Source: a virus (lineage: Duplodnaviria > Caudoviricetes). From it: a stretch of 46,967 nt of DNA. Below the pieces are notes generated by a model that was not told the origin of the DNA, made no database searches, and was given only the letters and a program-made list of their open reading frames with translations. The stretch spans positions 1 to 46,967 of the IMG/VR virus record IMGVR_UViG_3300014050_002573. The stretch is one strand, 5' to 3'. The position numbers and the translations under genes were made by a program. The first letter of the stretch is position 1. The number at the start of each line of letters is the position of its first letter. Below, in pieces: positions 1 to 10,364 of the stretch.

Positions 1-416
1 TTTGCACGAAACATGGCATCTACGAAGCCTTTGAATTTAATGTCAGAGCCAGGAATCTCTTCATAGAGTTCGTGCTCTGACGCCATAAACTGCCAATCTG
101 GAAAAGTTTCATCGAGGAATTTTGGAACCTCAGCCAAGATCTGCTCAGCTTCTTTGATCCAGTTTTCTGGCTTCTCAAAACTCTTCTGCTGCCATGTCGT
201 AGTGATGGCATCGCGCATGCGGTCAAGGTTAAAAGTTCTATGCTCTAGATAATCCTCAAGCTCAGCGTGGACAATTGTTCCAAAGTCAATATTTGGGCTA
301 GGTTTGAACATGTCGATCTTGTCGATATAGACAAGCTTGTGTCGCCATGGACACTCTTTCCATGTCTTGACTTCAGAGTAGGATACGTGTGGTTTGCCAG
401 TTGGGAACGTAGTCAC
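1..416 (-). CDS. PD-(D/E)XK nuclease family protein (RecB/Cas4-like exonuclease); 3' end lies outside the window
   Basis: Not in the ORF track. Manual translation from GTG at 416 gives MTTFPTGKPHVSYSEVKTWKECPWRHKLVYIDK...DFGTIVHAELE...ASEHELYE...KFKGFVDAMF, matching the S-x-S...CP, G-x-x-x-H, E and G-x-x-D motifs of PDDEXK_1 nucleases. Confidence 0.8.
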   Translation of the reverse strand, partial: MTTFPTGKPHVSYSEVKTWKECPWRHKLVYIDKIDMFKPSPNIDFGTIVHAELEDYLEHRTFNLDRMRDAITTTWQQKSFEKPENWIKEAEQILAEVPKFLDETFPDWQFMASEHELYEEIPGSDIKFKGFVDAMFRA

Positions 417-438
417 TTATCTATCTTAGTATGTTAAA

Positions 439-1395
439 CTAAGATTTATTCTTCTTAGATACTGCACGACCGATTTGCTTTTCCCAATCACGATCATCTG
501 GCCCACGTACTTCTAAATTTTTATCCCATGCAGCCTGCATTACACGCGGTTCGACGCCATATTGTCGTGCAACGCTCATGAGCGCATTAATGTCCTTTGG
601 AAAGCAATGGCCTCCGAAACCACGAACATAACGACCGTCATGGGTCGGAACGGGCCCAGGAACAGACCAGTGTGTGTCGCCGAGTCGTCGATCAATCTTG
701 GCATACTCGACAACCTTGTCATAGTCAATGTTGAGTCCTTCTTTATCAAGAGCCTCGCAAATCTGTGCAACCTCATTTGCAAATGAGACCTTCACTGCAA
801 GATGACAGTTTGTTACATATTTGACCATCTCTGCAGTTGTCGATCCTGTTTTCACAATAGGAACATTTGGAAATGCTTCCTGAAAGACTTGTTTTACTTG
901 ATTAATGTATGGTCTCGGACCACCAAGAATAATTCGATTTTGATTGCGCATATCATCTAAAGAATTTGCTTCTGTTAAGAACTCTGGGTTAAAGACTATG
1001 TGCAGACCCTGTGGGCCAAATTTTTGATTCCACGCATCTGTAGTTCCTGGTGGGACTGTAGATTTAACTACAGCGATTCTTTCTCCTGGAATTGTGGCTA
1101 ATTCTTCAAGAACACTCTCAACGATGCTGAGGTCTGCAGACCCGTCCTCAAACATAGGCGTAGGAAGACAAACAAAATACACATTTGTGAAACCTGGTGT
1201 GCCTCCATCCTCATTGTCTAAAACAAGCTCATTAATCGAGTCAGGATAACCAGCAGCAGGATCACCGTGACTAGGTAGTGATCCCTTTGCATACTTTCCT
1301 GATTTGTCATAGGCATAAACATTAAATCCGCGCTCTGTAAAGACTGTAGTTAGACTTCCACCTACAAATCCTTGTCCTATAACAGCAATGCTCAT
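439..1395 (-). CDS. ugd: UDP-glucose/GDP-mannose dehydrogenase family protein (short form)
   Basis: GQGFVG Rossmann motif, [26 protein letters not shown] and [10 protein letters not shown] with the catalytic Cys. Confidence 0.88.
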   Translation of the reverse strand: MSIAVIGQGFVGGSLTTVFTERGFNVYAYDKSGKYAKGSLPSHGDPAAGYPDSINELVLDNEDGGTPGFTNVYFVCLPTPMFEDGSADLSIVESVLEELATIPGERIAVVKSTVPPGTTDAWNQKFGPQGLHIVFNPEFLTEANSLDDMRNQNRIILGGPRPYINQVKQVFQEAFPNVPIVKTGSTTAEMVKYVTNCHLAVKVSFANEVAQICEALDKEGLNIDYDKVVEYAKIDRRLGDTHWSVPGPVPTHDGRYVRGFGGHCFPKDINALMSVARQYGVEPRVMQAAWDKNLEVRGPDDRDWEKQIGRAVSKKNKS

Positions 1396-2372
1396 CTAAT
1401 TTTCTCAGCCTCTTTCTTTAAGTCTGATTCGTACATCAATCTTGCAAGTCCCTTAAATGTAGTCTTTGGCGACCAACCAAGCTTTTCTCTTGCCTTCCTG
1501 GCGTCACCCTCAAGCCACGGAACTTCGTGTGGGCGCTTAAGTCTGTCATCAATCACGAGATGTCTATCGACATCCAGCCCGGCAATCTCGAAGACCTCAT
1601 TCAGGAACTCTCTAACTGTATGGGTCTCGCCTGTCGCGACAACATAGTCATCGGGTCTGTCCTGTTGCAGCATTAGCCACATTGCCTCGACGTAGTCCTT
1701 TGCGTATCCCCAGTCGCGGAGAGCGTCGAGGTTACCGAGCGCAATCTTTTCCTGTAGACCGAGCTTGATCCGCGCAGCAGCCAGTGTAATCTTCCTTGTA
1801 ACGAACGTCTCACCGCGGCGTGGACTCTCATGGTTGAAGAGAATTCCTGATGAGGCATGGATGCTGTATCCCTCACGGTAGTTGCGAGTGAGACCATGCC
1901 CAAAGACTTTGGCGCATGCATAAGGAGAGGCGGGCATGAGTCGGGTCGCCTCATTCTGTGGGTGCTCTGGATTGTCGCCGTACATCTCAGATGATGATGC
2001 CTGGTAGAATCGGCACTTAGGCTGCATAATGCGAATGCACTCCAATAAACGAAGTGGACCCATTGCTACTGCATCGACAGTCTCTTCAGGCACCTCAAAT
2101 GAGACTCGGACATGAGACTGCGCAGCAAGATTATAAACTTCATCGAACTGCTGTGCAGTAAAGAGACGATAGAAGGCTCCAGCATCGTTCATTGATCCGT
2201 AAACAAGCTGAAAGTTTGGGTTTGTGAGTAGGTGATCGATGCGATCAGTCGCAAGGAGTGATGTTCGCCTCTTCATACCCACAACCTTATATCCCTTCTC
2301 GAGAAGCAGTTCAGCAAGGTAGCTGCCATCCTGTCCGGTCACACCTGTGATTAACGCTGATTTCATGCTCAA
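1392..2372 (-). CDS. gmd: GDP-mannose 4,6-dehydratase
   Basis: [58 protein letters not shown]; alternative ATG start at 2366. Confidence 0.97.
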   Translation of the reverse strand: MSMKSALITGVTGQDGSYLAELLLEKGYKVVGMKRRTSLLATDRIDHLLTNPNFQLVYGSMNDAGAFYRLFTAQQFDEVYNLAAQSHVRVSFEVPEETVDAVAMGPLRLLECIRIMQPKCRFYQASSSEMYGDNPEHPQNEATRLMPASPYACAKVFGHGLTRNYREGYSIHASSGILFNHESPRRGETFVTRKITLAAARIKLGLQEKIALGNLDALRDWGYAKDYVEAMWLMLQQDRPDDYVVATGETHTVREFLNEVFEIAGLDVDRHLVIDDRLKRPHEVPWLEGDARKAREKLGWSPKTTFKGLARLMYESDLKKEAEKIR

Positions 2373-3295
2373 ATCTTAACGCCTCTAACGAGGGGGTATC
2401 TACTCTGGAATGACTTTATTGTTTCTTGAATTCCGACCTGGAGAGGTGTATACGCGCCCTTCCAACCTAATGTGCTGAGTTTCTCGTTAGACGAAGGCTT
2501 CTCATACTGTCCGTCCGGCTTAGACTTATCAAAGCTTACTCTTCCGTTATAACCGATCTCTTCAGAAATCATGTGTGCAAGATCTTCAATGGAGATCTGT
2601 TCAGGATTACCAATGTTGACTGGTTCGGCACCATTGTAGTTTTCGGCGAGCCAGATGATAATTTCAGCAGCATCTCGAGAAAATGTGAACTCTCTGCGTG
2701 GCTTTCCGCTACCCCAAATATCAACATGATCGTGTCCAAAGATCTTTGCCTCGTGGAACTTTCGGATGAGAGCCGGAATGACATGTCCGCTGCTGAGATC
2801 GTAGTTGTCATTAATGCCGTAGAGGTTATTAGGAATAACTGAGATGAAGTTACAGCCAAACTGCTGACGGTAAGCTCTACTCTGGACCTCGAGCATCCTC
2901 TTCGCGTATGCGTACCCAAAGTTCGATGGATGCGGCGGACCCATGTGAAGTTGATCCTCTGTGAGCGGATATTTCACGTAGGGTGCATCTGGGTAGATGC
3001 ATGTAGAGAGAACAGACACAAGCTTCAGGCTCCTCTCGCGACACGCGTCAAGAACGTTCATGTTCATCTTGACGTTGTCATCAAAGAAGTCGGCAACGTA
3101 ATCAGTGTTCGCCTTCACGCCTCCGACTCTTGCGGCACAGTGAATGACAGCGTCCACTCGACCATCTTCCAGTGTGAGGATCGCATGATTCGATTCGGTG
3201 AGGTCACAATCTTTTGAGGTGAGGCCGATAGACTCAGGTGACAAGGAGAGAATCTCACTACCTAGAAGCCCAGTTGAACCCGTTATAGTAAACAC
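2369..3295 (-). CDS. fcl: GDP-L-fucose synthase
   Basis: [46 protein letters not shown]; adjacent to gmd. Confidence 0.93.
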   Translation of the reverse strand: MFTITGSTGLLGSEILSLSPESIGLTSKDCDLTESNHAILTLEDGRVDAVIHCAARVGGVKANTDYVADFFDDNVKMNMNVLDACRERSLKLVSVLSTCIYPDAPYVKYPLTEDQLHMGPPHPSNFGYAYAKRMLEVQSRAYRQQFGCNFISVIPNNLYGINDNYDLSSGHVIPALIRKFHEAKIFGHDHVDIWGSGKPRREFTFSRDAAEIIIWLAENYNGAEPVNIGNPEQISIEDLAHMISEEIGYNGRVSFDKSKPDGQYEKPSSNEKLSTLGWKGAYTPLQVGIQETIKSFQSRYPLVRGVKI

Positions 3296-3296
3296 T

Positions 3297-4307
3297 TTAT
3301 CTTCCTTTAATTCCTAAGATTTTTGCTATTTTTTGAGATGCATGTCCATCACCATAAGGATTTATACCATTCCAATCAGGCATTTCTAAAGCATTTTGTA
3401 CAACATTCTGGATGTTTTCAAAGCCTAGATGTGCAAAACCTGCTACAATTCCTTCTGGTCGCTCTGTGCTTTCTCTACAAATTACAACACGTTTCTTAAA
3501 GAAACCTGCTTCTTCTTGAATTCCACCTGAGTCGGTTATTATTAACTTACAGTTTGCTAGCTTGTTGAGAAAGTCAGGATACTCAAATGGGTTCACAATG
3601 TCTACATGAGTGTCACTCAAGTGAGAATCAATCTTGCTTCTAATTTCAGGATTAGGGTGAACAGGCAGTATCCAACGATATTTTTGATTTTTATTAATTA
3701 TTTCTTTGATTTCACTGAGTATTCTATCGAGATGTTTTATATTCTCTCTTCTATGCAAAGTGATGATTACTTCATCGTTTTTGGTTATAGCTTTGTCTTT
3801 AAACATTCTCGAGATGGCATCAATAACAGTGTTTCCTGTAATAAAACATTCACCAGGAACATGTTCTCTAAGAAGATTATCTCTAGAAAGCGAAGTTGGA
3901 CAAAAATTCCAAGTTGCAATTCTTGAAATTAGAGTTCGATAAAACTCTTCTGGAAATGGCGATTCAATGTCATGCGTCCTGAGGCCTGCTTCTATGTGGC
4001 CTATTTTTTTACTCAAATGGAATGCAGCTTGCGCGGCGGCGGCAGCAGTCATTGTATCGCCTTGTACAAGGACAATATCGTAATTCTTAATTTTATCTGC
4101 AATTTTTTCAAGAACAGATGAATATCTTGAATTTAAGTCGCCTGGTTTAAGATCTAACCTGTGTACAGGTTCTTGCATAAGATCCATATAAAAAGATGAC
4201 AAGTCTGGCTGTTGTCCTGTGTATATGCCATCAATTTTATAATCTTTTGACAAGACGGAAAGTTTGATCATTTCAGGTCTTGTTCCATAGACTATGCATG
4301 TCTTCAT
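3297..4307 (-). CDS. wecB: UDP-N-acetylglucosamine 2-epimerase (non-hydrolysing type)
   Basis: GTRPEMIK, VQGDT, HIEAGLRT, PFPEE, TGNTVID, TLHRREN, TDSGGIQEE, TERPE, NPYGDG. Confidence 0.93.
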   Translation of the reverse strand: MKTCIVYGTRPEMIKLSVLSKDYKIDGIYTGQQPDLSSFYMDLMQEPVHRLDLKPGDLNSRYSSVLEKIADKIKNYDIVLVQGDTMTAAAAAQAAFHLSKKIGHIEAGLRTHDIESPFPEEFYRTLISRIATWNFCPTSLSRDNLLREHVPGECFITGNTVIDAISRMFKDKAITKNDEVIITLHRRENIKHLDRILSEIKEIINKNQKYRWILPVHPNPEIRSKIDSHLSDTHVDIVNPFEYPDFLNKLANCKLIITDSGGIQEEAGFFKKRVVICRESTERPEGIVAGFAHLGFENIQNVVQNALEMPDWNGINPYGDGHASQKIAKILGIKGR

Positions 4308-4618
4308 TTGATTATTCTTTCGTCTTTAAAAAAGTCTATTGAATTAATTGCTTTATCGCAGATAAATACATCATATGCAGGCTTTCCAAATTTAACATCA
4401 CTATATAATGCTTTCCACAGAGAAAGCTGTTTTTTAGTTATTTCACTCCAGTCTTTTCCTGTGACTGTGCCTCTTGCCGTCCAGTATATAACCGTGTGAC
4501 CTTCTAGAAATAGTTTATTTATTTTTTCAATATTTTCTACGATAGGCCGAGATTGTGTGTAGTCTCTAGACACAGGTGTCTCACAAATAGTCTCATCAAT
4601 ATCGACGTATATCAACAT
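4304..4618 (-). CDS. Small HAD-superfamily phosphatase
   Basis: DIDETI (DxD), WTARG, GKP...D(x)4D motifs. Confidence 0.8.
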   Translation of the reverse strand: MLIYVDIDETICETPVSRDYTQSRPIVENIEKINKLFLEGHTVIYWTARGTVTGKDWSEITKKQLSLWKALYSDVKFGKPAYDVFICDKAINSIDFFKDERIIK

Positions 4619-5434
4619 TTAGCCGCGCAATGTTTCTTTTTTAGATAATTCATCTGCACTAATAATTCTTGGGCCGCTTGATCCTAATGCTTTTTCTATA
4701 TCTCTAATTCCTTTAACAAGCTTGATAAGACCAGCGGGTTCAACAGAAGATTTTTGATCGCTCCCCCACAGGTCTCGATCAAGAGTTACATGACGTTCAA
4801 CCCACTCAACTCCAAGAGGTATTGTGGCAAACGTTGTAACAAGTCCAAATTCATGTCCGCTATACCCGACAACTTTACCAAATTTATTCTTAAGGCGCGT
4901 AATATAATTTAAATTTAATTCAGAAATATCGCTAGGATAACTTGAATTTGTATGAAAAATAACGTCAGGATTACAAAGTTTTACTGCTTTTTCAATTTCT
5001 TGTTCTGTGCTCATGCCTGTTGAAATCAAAAGAAAATCAAACTTTTCTCTTGCCGCTGTAATAAGTTGGTCATTTGTTATTAATGCTGAAGGTATTTTGA
5101 CAATTGTATTGAATTTTCTTAAAAAATCAAGTGATTCTAGATCCCATGCAGATGCAAACCACTTAATATCAAGAGATTTACAGAATTTATCGATCTCTTG
5201 ATATTCTTCTTCTTCAAACTCAATTCTTTTTTTATAGTCCAAATAAGACATTTCACCCCATGGCGTCATTCTTATTTTTGTCTTTTGCGCCTCAGGAACA
5301 CAAAGATCAGGAGTCCTCTTTTGAAATTTGACATAATCACAGCCTGCAATTGATGCAGCAGATATTAACTTTTTTGCTAATTTAATGTCACCATTGTGAT
5401 TAATTCCAATTTCTGCTATGATTTTTGTTTTCAT
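4619..5434 (-). CDS. neuB: N-acetylneuraminate (nonulosonic acid) synthase, NeuB family, with no C-terminal SAF domain
   Basis: IIAEIGINHNGD, VKFQKR, KIPSA, ISTGMS, GYSGH, ERHVTLDR, GSDQ. Confidence 0.92.
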   Translation of the reverse strand: MKTKIIAEIGINHNGDIKLAKKLISAASIAGCDYVKFQKRTPDLCVPEAQKTKIRMTPWGEMSYLDYKKRIEFEEEEYQEIDKFCKSLDIKWFASAWDLESLDFLRKFNTIVKIPSALITNDQLITAAREKFDFLLISTGMSTEQEIEKAVKLCNPDVIFHTNSSYPSDISELNLNYITRLKNKFGKVVGYSGHEFGLVTTFATIPLGVEWVERHVTLDRDLWGSDQKSSVEPAGLIKLVKGIRDIEKALGSSGPRIISADELSKKETLRG

Positions 5435-6080
5435 AATTTCTTAGATCCTTTTGTTCATCAATGTCAATTACGTCTTCAATTTGAAAGAAGACTGTATCAT
5501 CATTATACAGTTGACTACAAAGTTTATCAACCTCATTAGAAAGAAAAATGCTAATAAAGTGACTTACTTCAAAGCATTTTGGATAGTCTTGTCTTCGATA
5601 AAAAGGATGCTTTATTAAAAGCTTTCCTTTATTATCGTCTTGCTCTAAAAAGCAAAGATACGGGTGTGTCAATACTTTTTTCTTACAAAGCAAAGAATAT
5701 GCAGATTGCGTATTTAAAAATTCTAAAGCTAATTTGATGTCTTCAAAGGATCGCTCTGGATATGTCAAATATAACAAGACTATTATCTTGTCTTCTAATT
5801 TAAAATCGTTGATGACTTTCTTGACTACGTCATGAATGCTTGCGTAGTCATTTGAACTTATTGAATCTCTATTATGAATTTGAAATCCATATTTTTGACT
5901 TTTTTCTTTAATTTCATCATCATCTGTTGACACAATTACATTGCTACGTAAATCTGGCGGTATTACATCTGCAGTTTTTGAAAACAACTTTCTATTTTTA
6001 AAGGGTAAACCCTTTGATCCTTTTCTTGCAGGTATTATAAAATAAACGTTATCGAACTTCAACATTGCTGCCAGCCTCAA
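5400..6080 (-). CDS. neuA: Acylneuraminate cytidylyltransferase (CMP-sialic acid synthetase)
   Basis: IIPARKGSKGLPFKN, VSTDD, RRQD, IDID; true start may be the second Met. Confidence 0.88.
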   Translation of the reverse strand: MRLAAMLKFDNVYFIIPARKGSKGLPFKNRKLFSKTADVIPPDLRSNVIVSTDDDEIKEKSQKYGFQIHNRDSISSNDYASIHDVVKKVINDFKLEDKIIVLLYLTYPERSFEDIKLALEFLNTQSAYSLLCKKKVLTHPYLCFLEQDDNKGKLLIKHPFYRRQDYPKCFEVSHFISIFLSNEVDKLCSQLYNDDTVFFQIEDVIDIDEQKDLRNYENKNHSRNWN

Positions 6081-6645
6081 AAGGATAATTTGTGATCAAA
6101 GTGAATTTGATATCGCTATTTTTTTTAAATGTATGACACATATACTCATATGTCAAAGACGTACTATGACCTGATGCTTTTAAGATTTTCAAGTCTTTGT
6201 CATATGTTCCATTTTCAAATAAGTAAATTAGCGGCTTTATTACTTCTTTGAGATTGAAATAATAAATTTTTTTATCAACTTCAAAAAGATCAAAACCAAC
6301 TAATGCAATATGCGAGTAATCTCCAGAATCAATAAAATATTGCAAGGCAAGGGTGCCTGTTGACGGATCCAATTCTTTAAATTCAAAATTTTTTCTTAGA
6401 ATTGATTCATCACCTGTATAAATCGTTTCTATAATTCCTAGCTTTTCTTTAAACTCTTCTGTATATTTTCTCTGATGAATATCGTTAGTAATGAAATCAT
6501 AGTGCGCACGATTTGAAATAAGATGTTCATATCCATCAAATAATGGCCTATTGCAAATTGCTACTTCATTAAAAGAATCTATAAATTCTTTAGTACATCT
6601 TTGTACTGATGGGCCTTTTCCTATGATCACTATTGACTTTTTCAT
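6049..6645 (-). CDS. Putative sialyltransferase-like glycosyltransferase (GT29/GT42-like)
   Basis: IIGKGPS...ICN, PSTG-x-LAL, IALVGFD...YY pattern; lies directly upstream of neuA/neuB. Confidence 0.6.
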   Translation of the reverse strand: MKKSIVIIGKGPSVQRCTKEFIDSFNEVAICNRPLFDGYEHLISNRAHYDFITNDIHQRKYTEEFKEKLGIIETIYTGDESILRKNFEFKELDPSTGTLALQYFIDSGDYSHIALVGFDLFEVDKKIYYFNLKEVIKPLIYLFENGTYDKDLKILKASGHSTSLTYEYMCHTFKKNSDIKFTLITNYPFEAGSNVEVR

Positions 6646-6705
6646 ATTGTAGACATACCTTATTATTGCCTAATCATTATCATTCAAAAAATTTATATTT
6701 TCTTC

Positions 6706-7581
6706 TTAAATAATTTTCCATGGTTTGTAACAATTATTCATTCTTTCTGCTGCTTCTAACCAAAATTTATCATAAGACTTCCAATAAGATTCTGGGTAAT
6801 CTGGTGTATACCTACCCCATTTTACATAAGAATCGCCTGGAACATTCTTGTCTATCCATTCTTTAGAATGAATAATTTTTTTATTTTTTCCTATGAAACC
6901 TGCACTAATGACATAAGTGCTAGAACTGCCGATAAGGTAGTCACAGTTTGATAATAAAATAAAATCATGTATGTGAGCAATGCTACTATTCAATGTACTT
7001 GGGCCGGACTCAAATTTAACTTTTAACGACGTTAGATAATCTATTGTCTTTCGATAAACAAGAAAATTGGTGTCATCTGTGCAAACATAGAAACTTTCTA
7101 TCGTATCTGTGTTAAGGATGTAATCAATCGAGCGCTTATAGAATTCAAATGAATGAACCTCTCTTCCATTGTTCCCATCAGCAAATATTATATCATCGCC
7201 TCTAATATGAATTCCTACATTAGTGCCAGTGATATTTTTAGTCTGCAATTCAGGTCGAATAGATAGAAATTTTCTTGGATCTTGATGAACAATTCTAAAA
7301 AAGCAATTGTGTATAACATTACCGTCAATTACACAATGATTATTTTGGATGATATCTTTTAACTTATTATCATCAAATTGATGAAAATGAGACCATGTTA
7401 AATTGACAGGTTGAGTTCCATCATCTTTACAATCCTGTTCTGGCAAATTAAGCCAACTATCTCCTTCCCAACTATCACAATAGAAAGGCACTTCAAATTT
7501 ATTTGCAAGCTGGACCAGATTATTGTATTGCAAAATTCTATTTCCAAATCTTCCGCCTGTTATTTTTCTAATGCCGATCAT
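6706..7581 (-). CDS. GT11 alpha-1,2-fucosyltransferase-like protein
   Basis: GGRFGNRILQY, GIHIRGDD (HxRxxD), VCTDD, DF.LLS.C, SSTY. Confidence 0.8.
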   Translation of the reverse strand: MIGIRKITGGRFGNRILQYNNLVQLANKFEVPFYCDSWEGDSWLNLPEQDCKDDGTQPVNLTWSHFHQFDDNKLKDIIQNNHCVIDGNVIHNCFFRIVHQDPRKFLSIRPELQTKNITGTNVGIHIRGDDIIFADGNNGREVHSFEFYKRSIDYILNTDTIESFYVCTDDTNFLVYRKTIDYLTSLKVKFESGPSTLNSSIAHIHDFILLSNCDYLIGSSSTYVISAGFIGKNKKIIHSKEWIDKNVPGDSYVKWGRYTPDYPESYWKSYDKFWLEAAERMNNCYKPWKII

Positions 7582-8257
7582 GCTTAAAAACCATCAAATT
7601 GTTATAAACAAAATCCCAGACAATAGGAAATTCATTATTTCCATCATTTTCATAACGAGGATTCATCTTGTTTTTAATCTTCTGTTCAAGTTCCAAGTCT
7701 TGTGTCCAACCTCTTAGATTGAATTTTTGTATCCAAAAACTCTTTTCTTGACAGTTTATGTGTCCTGTTCCACCTTGACCTAGACCTGCAGCTGTAAATA
7801 TAATATTTTTAGTTGCAGCATTACAGAGATTTTCAACTAAAATATCGCTACATGATTCAGGAATATGCTCAGCCACTTCTACGCTCATGGCGAGGTCAAA
7901 TTTCTCATCTAAATTAATAATTTTTGTAACATCACCAAAAGTAATGTGATTTATCAACCCTGCAACTTGCGCAATAGCAGGTGCGCATTCATCAAAACAA
8001 AACTCAAATCCCCTAATTTGAGTGCCTTGTTTCATAAAGTACTCAAGATATGTCCCAATTGAACAACCAAAATCAATTACGGACTTAGGCTTTGTTGTAT
8101 CATAGAATATTTTTGCAGCATTTAAGTTTCTAGGTCTAAAAATATTCCAGTGATTATTATGAAAATTAGTATCATAGAGGTTCTTTATGAATGCCTCTGT
8201 GTAATGAGATTCATCAAAACCTACAATTGGTGCTGCCATTATAAACTCCAAATCCAA
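7568..8257 (-). CDS. Class I SAM-dependent methyltransferase
   Basis: VIDFGCSIG, FDLAMSVEVAEHI, GQGGTGHINCQ. Confidence 0.85.
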   Translation of the reverse strand: MDLEFIMAAPIVGFDESHYTEAFIKNLYDTNFHNNHWNIFRPRNLNAAKIFYDTTKPKSVIDFGCSIGTYLEYFMKQGTQIRGFEFCFDECAPAIAQVAGLINHITFGDVTKIINLDEKFDLAMSVEVAEHIPESCSDILVENLCNAATKNIIFTAAGLGQGGTGHINCQEKSFWIQKFNLRGWTQDLELEQKIKNKMNPRYENDGNNEFPIVWDFVYNNLMVFKHDRH

Positions 8258-9009
8258 TTTTTGTCAACTTCTTTGATGAACATGCTGTCGATTCTGTTAT
8301 GTTCATTATGCCATCTTATTCTTGAATTATAATCTCCTAATCCAGCTTTTGATTCAATTTTTGAATAAAAATCTGTCTTATCACCGTCAAGGTAGTCTTT
8401 TGAAAGCTTTCCATAATGAATAATATAAAAATCATCTGTCTTTTGTACTGGATCTGCAATATTCCCAGGAGCAGGATGGTATCTTGAGCATCCCCCTTTT
8501 TGTACGCTAAGATCATAAGAATAATCAATGCTTTTATCAAATTTCATTAACGGATACTTTGTCCAAGGATTTGAGCTAAATGGATCCCAATTAACATTAG
8601 TTCCAAATGCTGTTGTATATGAATCACACCTATATTTTGTTTCATCATTCCAAAGATTAATCATTCTAGTGCCCCATAGGTTAACGCTAGAATCAATATT
8701 ACTTAAAAAATTGACGATGCTAGGCGTAGGTATTTCATCTGCATCGAGCAAAAGAGCGTAATCAGGTTTATAATCTTTCAATAAATTTATTAGCTCTAAG
8801 CGCTGTTTTGCTTCTTCGCGTTGAATTGGATCATGTTTATGTCTTACGCGCCATACGACTTTATCAAATGAACGACAAATTTCTTCAGTTTTGTCTGTGC
8901 TGCCATCATCATAGACAATAATTTTATTACAAAATTGTGTTAAAACGCTTAATGTCTTTAATACAATCCAATCTTCATTTTTTGTTGTAATTCCAGCAAT
9001 TAAATTCAT
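8239..9009 (-). CDS. GT2 family glycosyltransferase
   Basis: KNE, YDDGSTDKT, LLDADE, IIHYG. Confidence 0.85.
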   Translation of the reverse strand: MNLIAGITTKNEDWIVLKTLSVLTQFCNKIIVYDDGSTDKTEEICRSFDKVVWRVRHKHDPIQREEAKQRLELINLLKDYKPDYALLLDADEIPTPSIVNFLSNIDSSVNLWGTRMINLWNDETKYRCDSYTTAFGTNVNWDPFSSNPWTKYPLMKFDKSIDYSYDLSVQKGGCSRYHPAPGNIADPVQKTDDFYIIHYGKLSKDYLDGDKTDFYSKIESKAGLGDYNSRIRWHNEHNRIDSMFIKEVDKNWIWSL

Positions 9010-9045
9010 TTAAATTTATTCCATGATGCTATCTGTTCTTTGAAA

Positions 9046-9708
9046 TTAATTCTTAAACATATTATATTCAGAAATGTCCCTGTATTTATGTGAACCACCG
9101 CAGTCTTCATTATGTTCGGGTAACCCTAAGAAAATTTCGATGCCGCGAGCAGCCTGCTCAGGAGGCATGTACATGTTCCACCCGCAGACAGTTGGCTCAG
9201 GCATTACATCATGCGGAACTCTTCTGTCTCGTCCTTCATACTCAGCTTCCTTGAACCACTCAACTGCTTTCTTGTCATCAGTGAGAATCATCCCGCCTTT
9301 TGAGATAGGAAGTATCTTTCGAATGTGGAATGAGAGACACTGGTATGTTCCTGTCTCATACATCCCTTTTGTAAACCTTGTTGCGCTGTCAACTATAGGG
9401 TAAGGATCAAGTCTATAAGTTCCCTTCCACTCCACGTCAACAAACTCAGGCTCACAGCCTGCATGAAGAATGAGTTGGGGTACAGAAAGATATGTCCGTT
9501 TTGGGACCTTGATTTTACCCTGCGCACTCAAGTACTTCAGACACAAAAACATGGCATTTGTGCAATTATCGACTGCTACAGCATATTTTGAGCCTGCATA
9601 TTTTGCAACCATATCTTCAAAGGCATCAACTACATCCCAAGGGTCATTAATAGAATAACCCATTTCTATAAGTTTAGCACTAGTCTTTTCTAAGTCCTGG
9701 TACATCAC
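9046..9708 (-). CDS. Compact DegT/DnrJ/EryC1/StrS PLP-dependent aminotransferase
   Basis: FE...A.Y.G.KYAVAVDNCTNA, VDSA, SFH..K (PLP Lys), GGMILTD; only 220 aa. Confidence 0.8.
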   Translation of the reverse strand: MMYQDLEKTSAKLIEMGYSINDPWDVVDAFEDMVAKYAGSKYAVAVDNCTNAMFLCLKYLSAQGKIKVPKRTYLSVPQLILHAGCEPEFVDVEWKGTYRLDPYPIVDSATRFTKGMYETGTYQCLSFHIRKILPISKGGMILTDDKKAVEWFKEAEYEGRDRRVPHDVMPEPTVCGWNMYMPPEQAARGIEIFLGLPEHNEDCGGSHKYRDISEYNMFKN

Positions 9709-10364
9709 ATTCTCCTGTAATACTGACCTTCAGTAAATTTAATATTTGTTGTAGCTGACGTTTTTTGGTTATTCTTGAATCTTGAACTTGGAATTATTCT
9801 AAAATCAAAACTCACACGTGCAGAGTCAGTCATGTTGACTTTGTTGCCATGTGTGCATTTATTTCCATAAAAAATAAGATATTGACCATATGACATATTC
9901 GCTGGCGAAAAGTCTCTTAATCCTGGAATAGATTCAAACCAAATAGTTTGGGTGTCTAAGCTATTTGTCAAAGGAATAAAGAAATTGATTTCCCATTCTG
10001 GATGTCTATGATCATCATCAGCATCATAATGCCACTTATGAATTGCTTGATCACCTGGAAGATGAACTCTAAAAGAAGGCATATATTGAAATAGTATGCT
10101 TTCACTGAACAATGGCTTAATTTCATTAGCAATAAAAGACATATAAGACTTTTCAAGTTCTAAAAGATTTCCATCATGCAGATTTTTATAAAAATGCTGG
10201 TGAAACTTGGTCTTACTTTCGTTGTCAAAATTAAGTTTATTATTAGGATGCAGATCCTTTCTTAATTCATGAATTTTTGATAAATCATTGATTTCAAAAA
10301 CTTTGCTAACTATGTCATGAAAATTATATTCTTCTGTGTTGTATGTTTTAATCATTTTGCCCAA
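9705..10364 (-). CDS. StrG-like / 2OG-Fe(II) jelly-roll oxygenase
   Basis: WHYD (HxD), EINFFIPLT, HGN, RVSFDFR. Confidence 0.65.
   Translation of the reverse strand: MGKMIKTYNTEEYNFHDIVSKVFEINDLSKIHELRKDLHPNNKLNFDNESKTKFHQHFYKNLHDGNLLELEKSYMSFIANEIKPLFSESILFQYMPSFRVHLPGDQAIHKWHYDADDDHRHPEWEINFFIPLTNSLDTQTIWFESIPGLRDFSPANMSYGQYLIFYGNKCTHGNKVNMTDSARVSFDFRIIPSSRFKNNQKTSATTNIKFTEGQYYRRM

Noticed and set aside
20-226. 68-aa ORF in the track
   Set aside because: Out of frame inside the PD-(D/E)XK nuclease gene that starts at 416
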